Source of the DNA: Wallemia ichthyophaga EXF-994
Lineage: Eukaryota; Fungi; Basidiomycota
NCBI RefSeq assembly: GCF_000400465.1
Contig: NW_008806288.1
Span: forward strand, 210,001-242,000
Direction of reading: 5' to 3'
Length of the DNA stretch: 32,000 bases
Every line of letters begins with the position of its first letter. Within the stretch, counting starts at the first letter, position 1. The position numbers were made by a program, and so were the translations under genes. The notes under the pieces are model-generated. The model made no database searches. It was not told the DNA's origin and saw only the letters and a list, made by a program, of their open reading frames with translations. Positions 1-11,400 of the stretch are shown piece by piece.

Positions 1-813
1 GCTGGGCATGTGTAGCTACTCAAATGAGTAAAAAAGGTTGATATAGTAACGCCTAGACTCCATAAATCTGTGCTGCGCGCATCGTAGCATCTGCTACCGA
101 ATATAAGCTCTGGCGCTCTATATGCACCCGTTGCAAGCTCAAAAAACATGCCGCCGTTCGGATGCTCATTTTCCATACCCAGACCATCCTCATAGGCAAC
201 ACCAAAGTCAAGGAGCTTTACACAGCCATTACCATCGAGTGCAACATTGGAGGGATTGACGTCACGATGGGCTACTCCGACCTCAGACGAATGCAAGTAC
301 TCGACGGCGAGAAGAAGCTGATAGATGATAGACCTAGCTATGTGCGTAAATGGAGAGAATGAAGGGACGAAGTCCGGGTAAGAGAGTATCATGGATAGTG
401 GGAGCGGTTGCAGCGGTAGAGCAAGAATGTAAATTCTATCAGACTCGTAGGCATTAAGGAGGCTGATAATGTTTGGATGGTGTGTGCGGGATAGTATAAA
501 TGACTCCCTGAGCGCATCGTGAGGCAGCCTCTTCTTGTTGATGAAGACGTTAACAGCCTTCAGGGCGATCCAGCCATTTATACCGCCGATATTGTCATTT
601 ACTCGTCGCTGGCACCGGTAAAGCAGTCCATGTCTGCCTTCCGTCAGCGGCTCAAGAGTGTCCTTTGTTTAGTCGTGAGAAAACGACCAAGTGCGGAAAT
701 GTACAAACCTCGTCTATAGCTAAGCCATTGCCTTTAAGAATACCCATTGCAATTAAAGTCTGTGGATTAGCATCGTTTAGATCGCTACCGGCAATCAATG
801 ATGTTGAGCTCAT
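1..813 (-). CDS. Ser/Thr protein kinase, CMGC/CDK-like, probably fungal Csk1/Cak1-like CDK-activating kinase; 3' end lies outside the window
   Basis: Manual translation of the minus strand. Exon 813-709 (MSSTSL...AIDE), intron 708-663 (GTTTGT...CTAAAC-AAAG, 46 nt), exon 662-<1. Kinase motifs in order: degenerate G-loop EGRHG, WIALK, PHDALRE (alphaC Glu), HPNII, HRDVNPSN, KLLDFG, TGAYRAPELIFG, DLWSLG. Not in the ORF track because the frame runs off the window. Confidence 0.9.
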
Positions 814-946
814 CAGCGTGTGGGCATAACGAACAAATTGCCTTGAATTGGTGATCAAAGTGTTATTTTGCTAAGATACATTTGTATTGGCTTTACATTC
901 TAAACTTATTCGATGCATTTAAACTCATCCGTGCCTTTCAGCGTGC

Positions 947-2216
947 CTATGGCTTTAGACTGCCGACGTCACACGACGAGGCTTTTCCGTCTATCATAAT
1001 CTCACTCAGTACCTTACCAGTACCTGTATGTGCGTGAGCTTAAGATTACCCATTTACGCCAAAACCCACCAACTCCAAGTGTTATTCCCCATACTGTTTC
1101 AGATATCAGTCATTGCGATAATAGAATATCAGGTAGTTACTCACCCGCATGGCCAGCTCCAATAAAGACTCCATCACTCACCTTTCCAACTATTGGAGAA
1201 TGTGATGCTGATATTGGCAAGTAGCACGCTTGTTCCTTTTCAACAGACATTGAGCTGTCGAAGTAATCCGATATCAATGCCGATTGTGATTTGAGGTCTG
1301 CGATGGCGGATTTTGATGGTACTACTTTAGACGCATCTTCGGGGAGAGGAACTGTGTCGGAAGCACCACAAATATATGCTGTGCCTTGAGGTCTGCAGTA
1401 GATCTCTGGCTCGTGGGTCGTCGTTCTCTCCTTCACCATAGTGAATAGACAGTGGTCAGTGAGTGTTTTGCCCTGGCTTGGCCTAACGATTATAGAGTGC
1501 GCTCTCTGTCCTGTCACGCTGCACTTTCTTGCTTCTGCTGGTGACAGTAGCTTCTGTGCGAGTCTGCCTGTCCATGGGCCAGCTTTGAGGCTTTAAGCAT
1601 AGAAAAAAAGCCAACTGCAATACCCACCTGCTAAGACGACATCAGTTGCAGGTATTTCAACAGAGTTACCCTCTTTCGTCTGCGCTCGAACCGAGAAGAT
1701 ATTGCCATCGTTGTCTCGATTGACCTGCTCAGCTGACGCGATTACCACATCTGCTTTACTCAGTTCAGCGAGAGTTTGAACCAGAGGTTCTGGTGTAACT
1801 TGTGCTGTGCTTGGTGGTGTACCGAGAACGCTGCACTTGTCAACGACCTTGTCACTCAGCCAATGAGCGCCCTTCTTTTTTGCATCATCCACTTTGCCTT
1901 TCTTTGGGCCAACTTGACCCATAAGGCTGAGTGCGTTGACAGGCCTGTATTCCCAGTTGTTGACACCGTCGTACTCATCGGAGAGCTGCTTGTGCAAGCT
2001 GTAGGAAAGCTCTGCGAGGCCCTCTGTATCTGGGCCATGCCAATCTTCTGCTAGAAATCCGCCTGATTTCCCAGATGCAGCTGATGCAATGGCTGTTGAT
2101 TCGACAATAGTAATCTTGTCGCTGTCTGGATTAAATTGGGAATGCTTGCTTATGTAGTATGCTGTGCTGCTGCCTATTATACCGCCGCCAATGACCACGT
2201 ACTGTCTGGCTGTCAT
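947..2216 (-). CDS. TDA3: FAD-dependent oxidoreductase, DAO family, similar to yeast Tda3
   Basis: Exons 2216-1628, 1582-1145, 1093-1070, 1023-947 (1128 nt). Motifs: N-terminal VVIGGGIIG dinucleotide-binding motif, ASGKSGGFLA, VVLAAGPWTG restored across intron 1, EQACYLP, GHAVWGITLGVGTG restored across introns 2 and 3. The gene symbol is from family recall only. Confidence 0.85.
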
Positions 2217-2348
2217 TTTCGTTATCTTTGGAGAAGCGAAACAAACGTCGATAAATATTTTAGGCCGACAAATCAAATATTAGCTGTCATCTCCCATCTC
2301 TCAAATATATTCCATGTTCTCGCTCTGTCTTCTCAAACTGCTACTGCG

Positions 2349-5300
2349 ATGGACTTAGCGACTGTTTTACTCGGAAGTCTGTCACCAGACACAGCGCAGA
2401 GAATGTCTGCTGAGCAGTATCTCGAGACTTCTCAGTCAGATCCAAATTTCCCGCTCGCGCTCACAGATCTCATCGGCAACGTCGACAACCCAATACACAC
2501 GCGTCAGATAAGTTGATATCTCTCGCGCCCTTTTCCAAGCTTACAAGGTAGTCCACTCAGCTGGAATTATTCTCAGAAAGTACGTCAACGAACGCTGGTC
2601 GCCTTTCTTCGTCGCGTTCAAAGGAAGTCCACCACCACCAGATGTAAGTTTGAGCTATTTGAGCTATTTCCAGGGATTACATGTTGTACTGATACTATCA
2701 CAGATCAAGGATATCATTAGGCAACGCTTGTTCTCTCTCCTCTCAACCTCACACAAGCAGATCAGAACAGCTTGCGCATACGCCTTGGCTTCTATAGCCA
2801 GCTGCGACTATCCAGAGCAATACCCCTCTCTACTTCACGATCTCGCTCAGCTTTTCCAGCAAGCTCAAAGGGATGGTGTTCACGGCGCAATGAGAGTTCT
2901 TCTCGATTTCGTCAAGGCGGATCTTACAGAGACGCAACTCGTCCCTGTCACTCAGGAGCTGCTACCACTATTGCTTCACATCCTCAAAAACCCTACATAT
3001 GCAGACAGCACGCGTGGTTTGACTGTCGCTGTCCTACGCCAGTGCGTCCTTACTCTCGAAATGGTCAAATCGACCTACCCAGATGCTGTTAAAGAGATTG
3101 TGAATAGTGTTATACCAGTGTGGATTGACGGTTTCATTGCTCTTCTCCAAGTACCGCCTCAGAAGGAAACCAGGTCCCAGTGGGGTATTAGGTTCGAGAT
3201 CATTAAGACAATCGCATCCGTCTTCTCGACTTTCAAATCACTCATCACTACAAACAACAACATTGAAAGCTTGACACGCATTTTGATAGATCATTTAGTG
3301 ACACTGTTGCCCATCTTTTACGATCGACAGGTCTATGATACCCAGTCATATGAACAACCTGAAGGCGAAGAGGAAGACGACGGTGCTGCTGTTGAAGAGC
3401 TCATCTGTCCTATTATTGACTTGTTGACTGGTTTTGCGAACAACAAACATACTAAGGGTACCATCGAACAGGCTATTCCATTGCTTGTTAAACTTTCACT
3501 CGAATGGGGTCAAATGACTGTTGAAGATGTAAGCCGTGAGTTTTCGCTCATAAGTATGCTAAGAATCCCATAGGAAGACACCTGGATCTCAGATCCGAAC
3601 GCATTTGTTGATGACGAAGACGATGAAACGGAAAATTACAGCCTAAGAATAGCCACTCATGACTTGCTGGGAGTTCTGCTCGACAGATATCCAACACCAA
3701 CTGCAAAAGTTTTGGGTCCAGTGACTGCTGAGCTGTTGTCTACGTCCCAATCTGCTTCACAAGAGGGTAAGCAGCATTGGTGGAAGCCAATCGAAGCAGC
3801 ATTGGCAGCAATTGGCAACCTTTCTAATCAGCTTGGCGATGAGGACAACGAAGCAGCTGAGCACTTTGATTTGATGGGATTGTGTCAGAGTGTCGTTATG
3901 CAATTTGTAAACGCGAACGAGTCTCCTTTCTTACAAGGCAGAGCATTTGTATTTGCCTCCAAATTTGCCGGTAACCTGCCACCTGATCTCGCAGGCGCAT
4001 TCGTTGATGCTGCTGCCGCGATGCTCAACCACAGCAATGCAGGTGTACCGGTAAAAATCAGCGCTGTGCGCGCGATTCGCAACTTTGCCAATGGACTAGA
4101 TGATGAGATAGTGGGACCAAAAGCATTGCAGATTCTGTCATCGATCGTACCCCTTCTTGCCCACACTACAGAATCGACTTTAGGATTGCTTGTTGAAGCG
4201 GTGGATAGTGTACTCGATACGCTCAACACTGAAGCTTTGACAACAGAACTCGTTGTTCAGCTATCGTCAGTTATTCTGCCAGTCTGGGAGAAGAACGTCA
4301 ATGATCCTCTACTGGCTTCGCAGTTGGATGATCTCTTTGTCACGCTTTCTGAATCAGGCTCCAAGGCCCACTCGGCGCTTGTTGGCATAGCTGTCAAACC
4401 GCTTATCGGCGCTGTTAGTCGCGCTGCACCGGGACAGCCAGGTGGGGAGGATGTTGATGCGCGCTTGTTGGCAAGTTCCGCTATTCAACTTATCAATTCT
4501 ATCGTCAGGGCTAGAAGTGAAGGTCTAGAGCCTGGTGTGATAGCCACGACTTGTCCCGCCCTCTTCAACATACTCGAGAGTGCCGATGATCGCACACTAA
4601 TGCAAGATGGTATTGAGTTGTTGACGACATATATACGCAAAGACATACAAGGGTTGTTGGAATGGAAGAGTGACTCGCTCGTTCGGATTCTCAACATCAT
4701 TGCCAAACTTCTTCAAACGGATTCAGAAGGCAGTGCACTTTTTATCGGCGATGTCGTAACACATCTCTTCCGTAACGTGTCCAAGGATATACTCGACCCA
4801 GCTCTCCCCCAACTTCTCAAAGTAATCTTAGATAGATTGGCACTGAGTAAGACATCAGCATTCACACAGAACCTAGTTATACCATTCACATACCTGATTC
4901 ATACTCGCAGAGAAGTCATTTTGGAATATCTCTCTAATACTGCCGTGCTTGATGTTAATAGTAACAGTATGGTCAGTGGATTGGAGGTTTTGTTGAGAAT
5001 GTGGTGCGATAATGCAGAAACTTTTAGGGGTTTCTGGGCCATTAGAATTAGTACTCTTGCATTAGTGGATCTGTACACTAGTCAAGATCCTCGCCTAGAT
5101 AGCGTAATGGTCAAAGGCGACCAAATTATTGATGAGTCGAATCGGAACACCATTATGACGCGTTCCAAGACCCGCAATGCGCCTATTGAATTTACGAGCA
5201 TACCCTTCCCGCTCAAAGCCATCAAATTGCTTCTTGGTGAAATACAGAATGTGGGCACGTCGGCTGCTAAGTCTAACACTGTCAAAGATGTAGATGAGGA

Positions 5301-5678
5301 TGATGATGATGATGACTGGGAAGATGACGATCCACTTGCTGGTGCTGATGATGAGATCCATTATCTTTCAGGTGGGTTTTCGTGTGGCTAAGTTGTTTTC
5401 ATCTAACTTACGCCAAACAGATCTGCTTTCACCAGGTGGTGATCTTCTCGACGATGGTGATGCAGATGCTGAAGATATGCGCGATGATCCAGACTGTCAG
5501 ATCGACATTGGGGTTTGTTTTTACAAGTCAAAGCTGGCACAACTAACACCGCTCACAGAATTACTTGTCCGACTTCTTAAGAACGGCGTACACAGCTAAC
5601 ACATTCAACACACATGATAGATGCGCACATTTGAGTGCTCAAGAACAGGCTATATTTCAACATGCCATGGTAAATTGA
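2349..5678 (+). CDS. IPO9: Importin-9 / Kap114-like karyopherin-beta
   Basis: Exons 2349-2507, 2557-2643, 2704-3528, 3574-5371, 5421-5512, 5559-5678 (3081 nt). IBN_N motif RQSAGIILRKYVNERWSPFF, IASCDYPEQYPSLL, WISDPNAFVDDEDDE, HEAT-like helical content, acidic loop DEDDDDDDWEDDD and C-terminal D..DDP..QID motif. Confidence 0.9.
2508..2556 (+). other. Candidate AT-AC intron (U2-type signals), importin-9 intron 1, 49 nt
   Basis: CAG|ATAAGT...GCTTAC...GTCCAC|TCA GCT gives RQSAGIILRK. The GT-AG alternative 2512-2560 (donor GTTGAT) gives RQITGIILRK. Confidence 0.7.
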
Positions 5679-5693
5679 TGTAGAAGCCTGTGT

Positions 5694-5714
5694 TGGTTAA
5701 TGGTTAATGGTTAA
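5694..5714 (+). repeat. (TGGTTAA)x3 microsatellite between the convergent importin-9 and seipin stop codons
   Basis: Three exact 7-nt units. Confidence 0.8.
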
Positions 5715-5745
5715 TTTAATATGATCACATGACTGCAGCCGAATT

Positions 5746-7026
5746 TCAACCGTTGGTGTCATCATTGTCATCGTCCGAAGCCCGGTAATCTCTGCCTGTT
5801 CGATGACGCAGGTTGGATGGTGTGAGGCTTCTTTCGGGTGTTGATGCTGTTGGCGTTTCCACGGAGTCTTCCGATTCACTACTATCGTAGGCGTGCCATG
5901 GCGATGAAACGAATGATTCGACCGACTCTGCTGAATCGGCTGGATCGGCTGACTGTCCATCGAGCGTGGCTGATTCTGACAGTGTTTCATCGTCTATTGA
6001 TTGTTGCGCTGTTTCTTCCCCATCTTCGATTGTGTCTTGTGGTGTTTCTAATTTCTCTTCTAGCTGTTTAGGCTGACGCGTGCCACACCACACTAGCATA
6101 GCTACTGACCAGATACTGACAAAGGAGAGAGCGGTAAAAATTATGAAGGAACTTATTGGGAAAGCGACGAGTAGCCAGCTGTGAATTGCATTGTTAGCTT
6201 AACTTCCGTTCTTAACTCTCAACTCACCTCAAGCCTGCTAGACGGATATTAAAGAGAAGGGCAGCGTCATAGACGTGCAGCTCCTTTTGTGGGAGGGTAT
6301 TATTAGCTGTGCCAATCCAATCCTGTCGGCCTACTGTCACTGTCGCTGCTGTGATGGTCATCTGGCGGAGTGAGCGCGTAGATGGTTTGAGTATTTGCGT
6401 CGATAATGGTATCTTCATTGTTTGGGTATTCTTGTAGAGGATGGATGTTATCACGCTTGGATGCTGCCAAGTAAGCAGAGCCTTACGTGTTAATGTTAGT
6501 TTATATGATTTTGATCACTCCTGCACGTGACAAGTAACACGTAACACAGACACGCACTGGTTTAGAAGTAACTAGTTCGCTGCTGAACGTGTTCTCTAGC
6601 TCAAGCGTTATCATGAAATTGCCTGGGATGAATCAGACATGACACAAAGAACAACAAAGCAGCCAGCCCACCCAGATTGAGATTATTGATGCTGTTCGGT
6701 ATGTGCATCTCGAGTGTGATGTCATAGGTCTGGTCCGCAGAGACCTTTTGCGTTGGGATGCTGATTGTATCGAAAGGCACCTTGCCCACGCTGAAGGGAA
6801 TAAGCTTGGTGTTGCGATGTCGATGGATATTGGAGACGCACCCATATTGCAGATGCACAGGCACTGACCAGCCGCGTGAAGGTACAATATACCATCTAAA
6901 CGAACTGAACGACAATACAGCGCTAATTATACTGAGATACGTTATGATGAAAAACACAGCGACCCTCAACAGCCATCGAAGCAGCCGCGAGTTGAGTATT
7001 CGCGATAAAATAGCATTCGCTGTCAT
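5746..7026 (-). CDS. SEI1: Seipin (BSCL2/Sei1/Fld1), lipid-droplet biogenesis protein
   Basis: Exons 7026-6842, 6790-6672, 6622-6558, 6481-6228, 6178-5746 (1056 nt). N-terminal TM helix, VPVHLQYG, DQTYDITLEMHIPNS-N-NLGNFMITL, ELHVYDAAL-F, second TM (LRWLLVAFPISSFIIF), acidic disordered tail. Confidence 0.88.
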
Positions 7027-7029
7027 TTG

Positions 7030-7190
7030 CGGACTGCCTCGTCTTGGTGGTTGAGGTTAGAGAGACCAAGCGATGATGTCAAACTTACTATTACTAGGAT
7101 TATCGCTCAAAGCGGACTTTGAACGGACTGCCAGGTCTTATTGAAGGTTAGAGAGTTAGACGAGTGAGAAAGCTTACTAGGAGTAACGCA
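7030..7190 (-). repeat. Imperfect tandem duplication (~94 nt period) in the seipin 5' leader; each unit resembles an intron plus exon start
   Basis: On the + strand CGGACTGCC..GTCTT..GGTTAGAGAG..CTTACTA starts at 7030 and again at 7124. On the - strand this gives intron-like segments 7088-7043 and 7177-7137 with GTAAG donors, CTCTCTAAC branch points and AAG acceptors. Confidence 0.65.
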
Positions 7191-7495
7191 GAATATTTAC
7201 AGGGAAAGGCTTATACCCACCTTACTATGGCCCCCAAGACGGCGAAACGCTAGGAAAATAGGAAAGAAGTGCGCTCCCCTTTAATACCACAGCAGTGACC
7301 AAAAAGCACGTGGCTCGTGCCTTGCCTTTGTTTGTGTTTCACGAACCCGCTACTCTCGTTCCTACTCACGCGGCTAACGACGTACACGCATATGCTCAGC
7401 TAATTGTCCTCGAAGCTCTCGGTACATTTATTGATCTTAATTCTGACTGTTGGTTCTCGATTAACTTCGTTCCTAGTCAAGTGTTTACAAGCAAC

Positions 7496-8426
7496 ATGGA
7501 TATTGGAATGTTGGTCGATACGCACTGCCACCCTACTGATAGCAGTGTTGTAAACCTCAGTAAAAGTACTGCGTCTATGTATGCCATATGTGCTATGTCG
7601 ACGCATATTGAGGATCAAATTAAAGTTGAGGAGCTACACGGCGTGCATCCGGACGTTGTGAGGCCTTATTACGGTGTGTAAGGGGTGTGTGTGTAAATAA
7701 TGCTCATTCTACACAGGATTCCATCCGTGGTGGTCGCATATTTACACTTTCACGGAAGGCATAGGGAAGAAGGAGCACTATGAGGCGTTGTTCCTTAATG
7801 GTAAGAAGGAAGACATCAAGTTGCAACAGATAGACGCCTTATTAGATGCATTACCATCTCCTATCCACTTTCAGATACTGCTCGATGACGTAGAGAGAAG
7901 ACTGCAGCGTAATGCACGAGCACAGGTCGGCGAAGTAGGAATAGACAAAGTGTTCAGAGTAAAGGGTAAAGACGGCAAGTTGACGCTGCTGCAGACGTCT
8001 ATTGAGCATCAGAAACGAGTCGCTGTGGAACAAATCAAGCTGGCTAAGAAATACAATCGGGTGGTGAGTATGCACAGCGTATCAGCGACTCAAGGCAGTA
8101 TGGATATCATTAGAGACGCGGCTTATCAGAAAATAGTCCTCCATAGCTGTGGAATTGGCAAAAATGGCATAGATTACTGCCAGCGACAGTTTCCTGGTGT
8201 GCACATTGGATTCAGCACAGCAATAAACACACGCTCAATGAAAGTACTGGAAGATAGTATCGCAGTCACGCGTCTAGACAGAATACTCAGCGAGAGCGAT
8301 CTTCCTGTTGAAACAGAGTACGCGAATGCAGTTGAGTCAATTGTGGAGATAATAGCCAGAGTTAAGAATAAATCCCGCTCGGAGATTGTACACTACATCA
8401 AATCCAACTTTGATAAATTATTCTGA
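7496..8426 (+). CDS. TatD-family metal-dependent nuclease/amidohydrolase
   Basis: Exons 7496-7673 and 7717-8426 (888 nt). Motifs DTHCH, GFHPW (restored across the intron), VGEVGIDK, SMHSV, VLHS, LSESD cover the full set of TatD metal ligands. Confidence 0.88.
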
Positions 8427-8459
8427 TTACATCGCCACTCTTTACCACATACGTCCACG

Positions 8460-11400
8460 ATGAGTGGAAAAGAGAACGTGAGATTAACGCTATTGTTTAG
8501 AAATACGCTGACAATAGCAGCCCCAGCATGCTCAGTTTCAATACGCGGCCATGTCGTCGCTTGTATTGCAATCCAACAGGTCAGCGAGGCCAGATGAACC
8601 AACAGGCCAGGCAGAAACCTTGGCTGGCAAAGTAACCGCAAGAGATATGGGTACACGAGCCACAAGAGAAACTGTGAAAGATAAGGACAAGAAGAAGCTC
8701 AAATCGCAGATGGACGACGATGGCTCTTCCACAGCCAAAAGATCAGCTTCTAATAAAGGCTACGGATACAGCAATATTTTAGAAGCTACACAAGATATGG
8801 AGGGTTTGGATTACAGGCCTAGAACAGCGGAAACCACTCAAGTCTACGAGTTGATTCTCTCAGTCGTCCATTCGATACTCGGTGATACTCCTCAAGATAC
8901 TATCAGATCAGCTGCCGACGTTGCCCTCGGTGTTCTCAAAGATGAAAGCTTGAAAGATTTCGACAAGAAACGTGAGATTGAAGGTTTCGTCGGCCATATT
9001 TCTGAGGAGCTCTACTCCCAGCTGCTAGGCCTCTCCAAGAAAATAACCGACTACGGCGATGCAGATGTCGTTATGGCCGATCCGGACGCTGAAAAGAAAG
9101 AGGGCGAGATCGACGATGAAGGTGTCGCACTTCTTTTCGAAGATGATAACGAGGAAGATGACGACGAAGAGCGTTACGAGGTTGGTGATGATCAGTCAGA
9201 AGATGAAGAGAAAAATGATGTCGAAGAGGAACAAGAGCAGCTTGACGATGATGGCAATGCACTCGTCATTGGCGGAGAGAAGAAACAGTCAGCTGAATCG
9301 CGTGGCAAGCTAGCAGCCACCGACGTTGATGCTTTCTGGCTTCAAAGAATTATCGCTCAACACTACCCTGACCCTGTTGAAACTACCGAGAAGACGTCCG
9401 CGGTATTCGATCTTCTGGCATCTGAAGCTGGTGCAAGAGAAGTCGAGAATGGGTTGATGGATCTATTTGATTACGAGAGAGACCTTTTTAAACTTGTTCA
9501 ACTACTGCTCATCAACAGAGATTTGATATATTGGTGCACAAGATTAGCGAGAGCATCCGATGACGAGAAAATGGATATTGAAGTCACAATGCGTGAGAAG
9601 GGTGTTGGATGGATTCTTCGCGAGCTTAAGGGTGAAAAGCCAAAGCGGGAAACTGGTGAAATGGCTATGGAGGTTGATCAGAGTAAACAAACCGTACCAA
9701 GCAAGGCTACCCTCGCTCCTGGATCCACCGTCGCTCCAAAGCGCGTTGTAGACTTGGATAGCATGACTTTCTCGGCCGGTGGTCATCTGATGTCAAACAA
9801 GAGGGTCAAGCTCCCTGATGGCTCATTCAAGCGCTCGAAGAAAGGATACGAGGAAATTCATGTCCCTGCTCCTAAAGTTACTCCTGTCAAGGAGGGTGAA
9901 TTGGTTCCACTTACCAAGTTGCCGGAGTGGACGAGAAAAGCATTCCCAGGTACCAAAGCGCTCAATAGAGTGCAGTCTAAGCTTTACCCTGTCGCTTTTG
10001 GTCAAGATGATCCAATTCTGCTTTGTGCCCCAACTGGTGCAGGAAAGGTGAGTATGTACAGAAAGAATGACTTATGCTAACTTTTTTTTCAGACAAATGT
10101 GGCAATGCTTACTATTTTAAATACAATTTCACAATATAGAGACGAAGAGACTGGTGCTATTGATTTGGATGCGTTCAAGATTGTTTATGTCGCACCAATG
10201 AAGGCGCTTGTACAAGAGCAAGTCGGCAGCTTCAGCAAGAGACTGGAGCCATTTGGCGTCAAAGTTAATGAGTTGACTGGTGATAGCCAACTCACCAAGC
10301 AACAGATTGCTGAAACTCAGGTTATTGTCACTACACCAGAGAAGTGGGACGTCATCACCCGTAAATCAACTGACACATCGTACACTAACCTCGTAAGACT
10401 GATGATTGTTGACGAGATCCACTTGCTTCACGATGACAGAGGTCCAGTACTGGAGTCGATCATTGCGCGTACAATTCGTAAAATGGAGCAAAACAACGAA
10501 TACACGAGAGTTGTCGGTCTGTCAGCTACTCTTCCAAACTATCAAGACGTAGCAGCATTCCTCAGAGTGGACATCAACAAAGGTCTCTTCTACTTTGACG
10601 GCAGTATGCGTCCGTGTCCATTGCAGCAGCAATTTGTAGGTATCACCGAGAAAAAAGCTATCAAGCGTTTCTCCACAATGAACGAGGTTTGTTACGAGAA
10701 AGTGTTGGAGCAAGCTGGCAAAAACCAAGTCATTGTCTTTGTTCACTCGCGCAAAGACACTGCAAAGACAGCTAAATTCCTCCGTGATATGGCCATCGAA
10801 AAAGATACTATCACTCAATTTGTCAACGCTGATTCAGCGAGCAGAGCCATTCTGACAGAGGAAGCTGAGAATTCCAGTAGTGGTGATATGAAAGACTTGC
10901 TTCCATTTGGTTTCGCTATTCACCACGCTGGTATGACTCGAGCAGACAGAAACGCATCTGAGGATCTTTTCGATAAAGGACACGTCCAAGTGTTGGTCTG
11001 TACGGCTACATTAGCCTGGGGTGTCAATTTGCCTGCACACAGTGTTATTATCAAGGGTACACAGATCTACAATCCAGAGAAAGGTAGATGGTGCGAATTA
11101 TCTCCACAAGACGTCTTGCAAATGCTTGGTCGCGCAGGTAGGCCGCAGTATGATACATTCGGAGAGGGTATTATTATCACAAACCATACTGAGCTACAAT
11201 ACTACCTCAGTTTGATGAATCAGCAGTTGCCAATTGAGTCGCAATACGTTAGTCGACTCGTCGACAACCTCAATGCAGAAGTCGTTCTCGGATCGATCCG
11301 TAATCGTGACGAAGCTATTCAGTGGCTCGGCTATACTTACTTGTACATTAGAATGCTGCGCTCACCAAGCTTGTACTCTGTTGGCGAGGACTATGATGAT

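Noticed and set aside
162-719. Plus-strand ORFs of 66 aa (162-362, 519-719)
   Set aside because: They are antisense shadows of the kinase on the minus strand.
5694-5714. (TGGTTAA)x3 as a possible interstitial telomere repeat
   Set aside because: It does not match TTAGGG-type repeats and has only three units; most likely a slippage microsatellite in 3' UTRs.
6482-6557. Longest intron (76 nt, seipin) with a GTGTTAC repeat and an internal CAG at 6521
   Set aside because: Too short for a snoRNA, with no C/D or H/ACA pair. The internal acceptor would give a 37-nt intron followed by a stop, and it has no convincing branch point.
7307-7312. CACGTG E-box in the seipin/TatD divergent promoter
   Set aside because: A single 6-mer is expected by chance, with no supporting conservation data.
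7422-7476. Possible 5' UTR intron of the TatD gene (GTACAT...CCTAG)
   Set aside because: Weak donor and no reading-frame constraint to test it.
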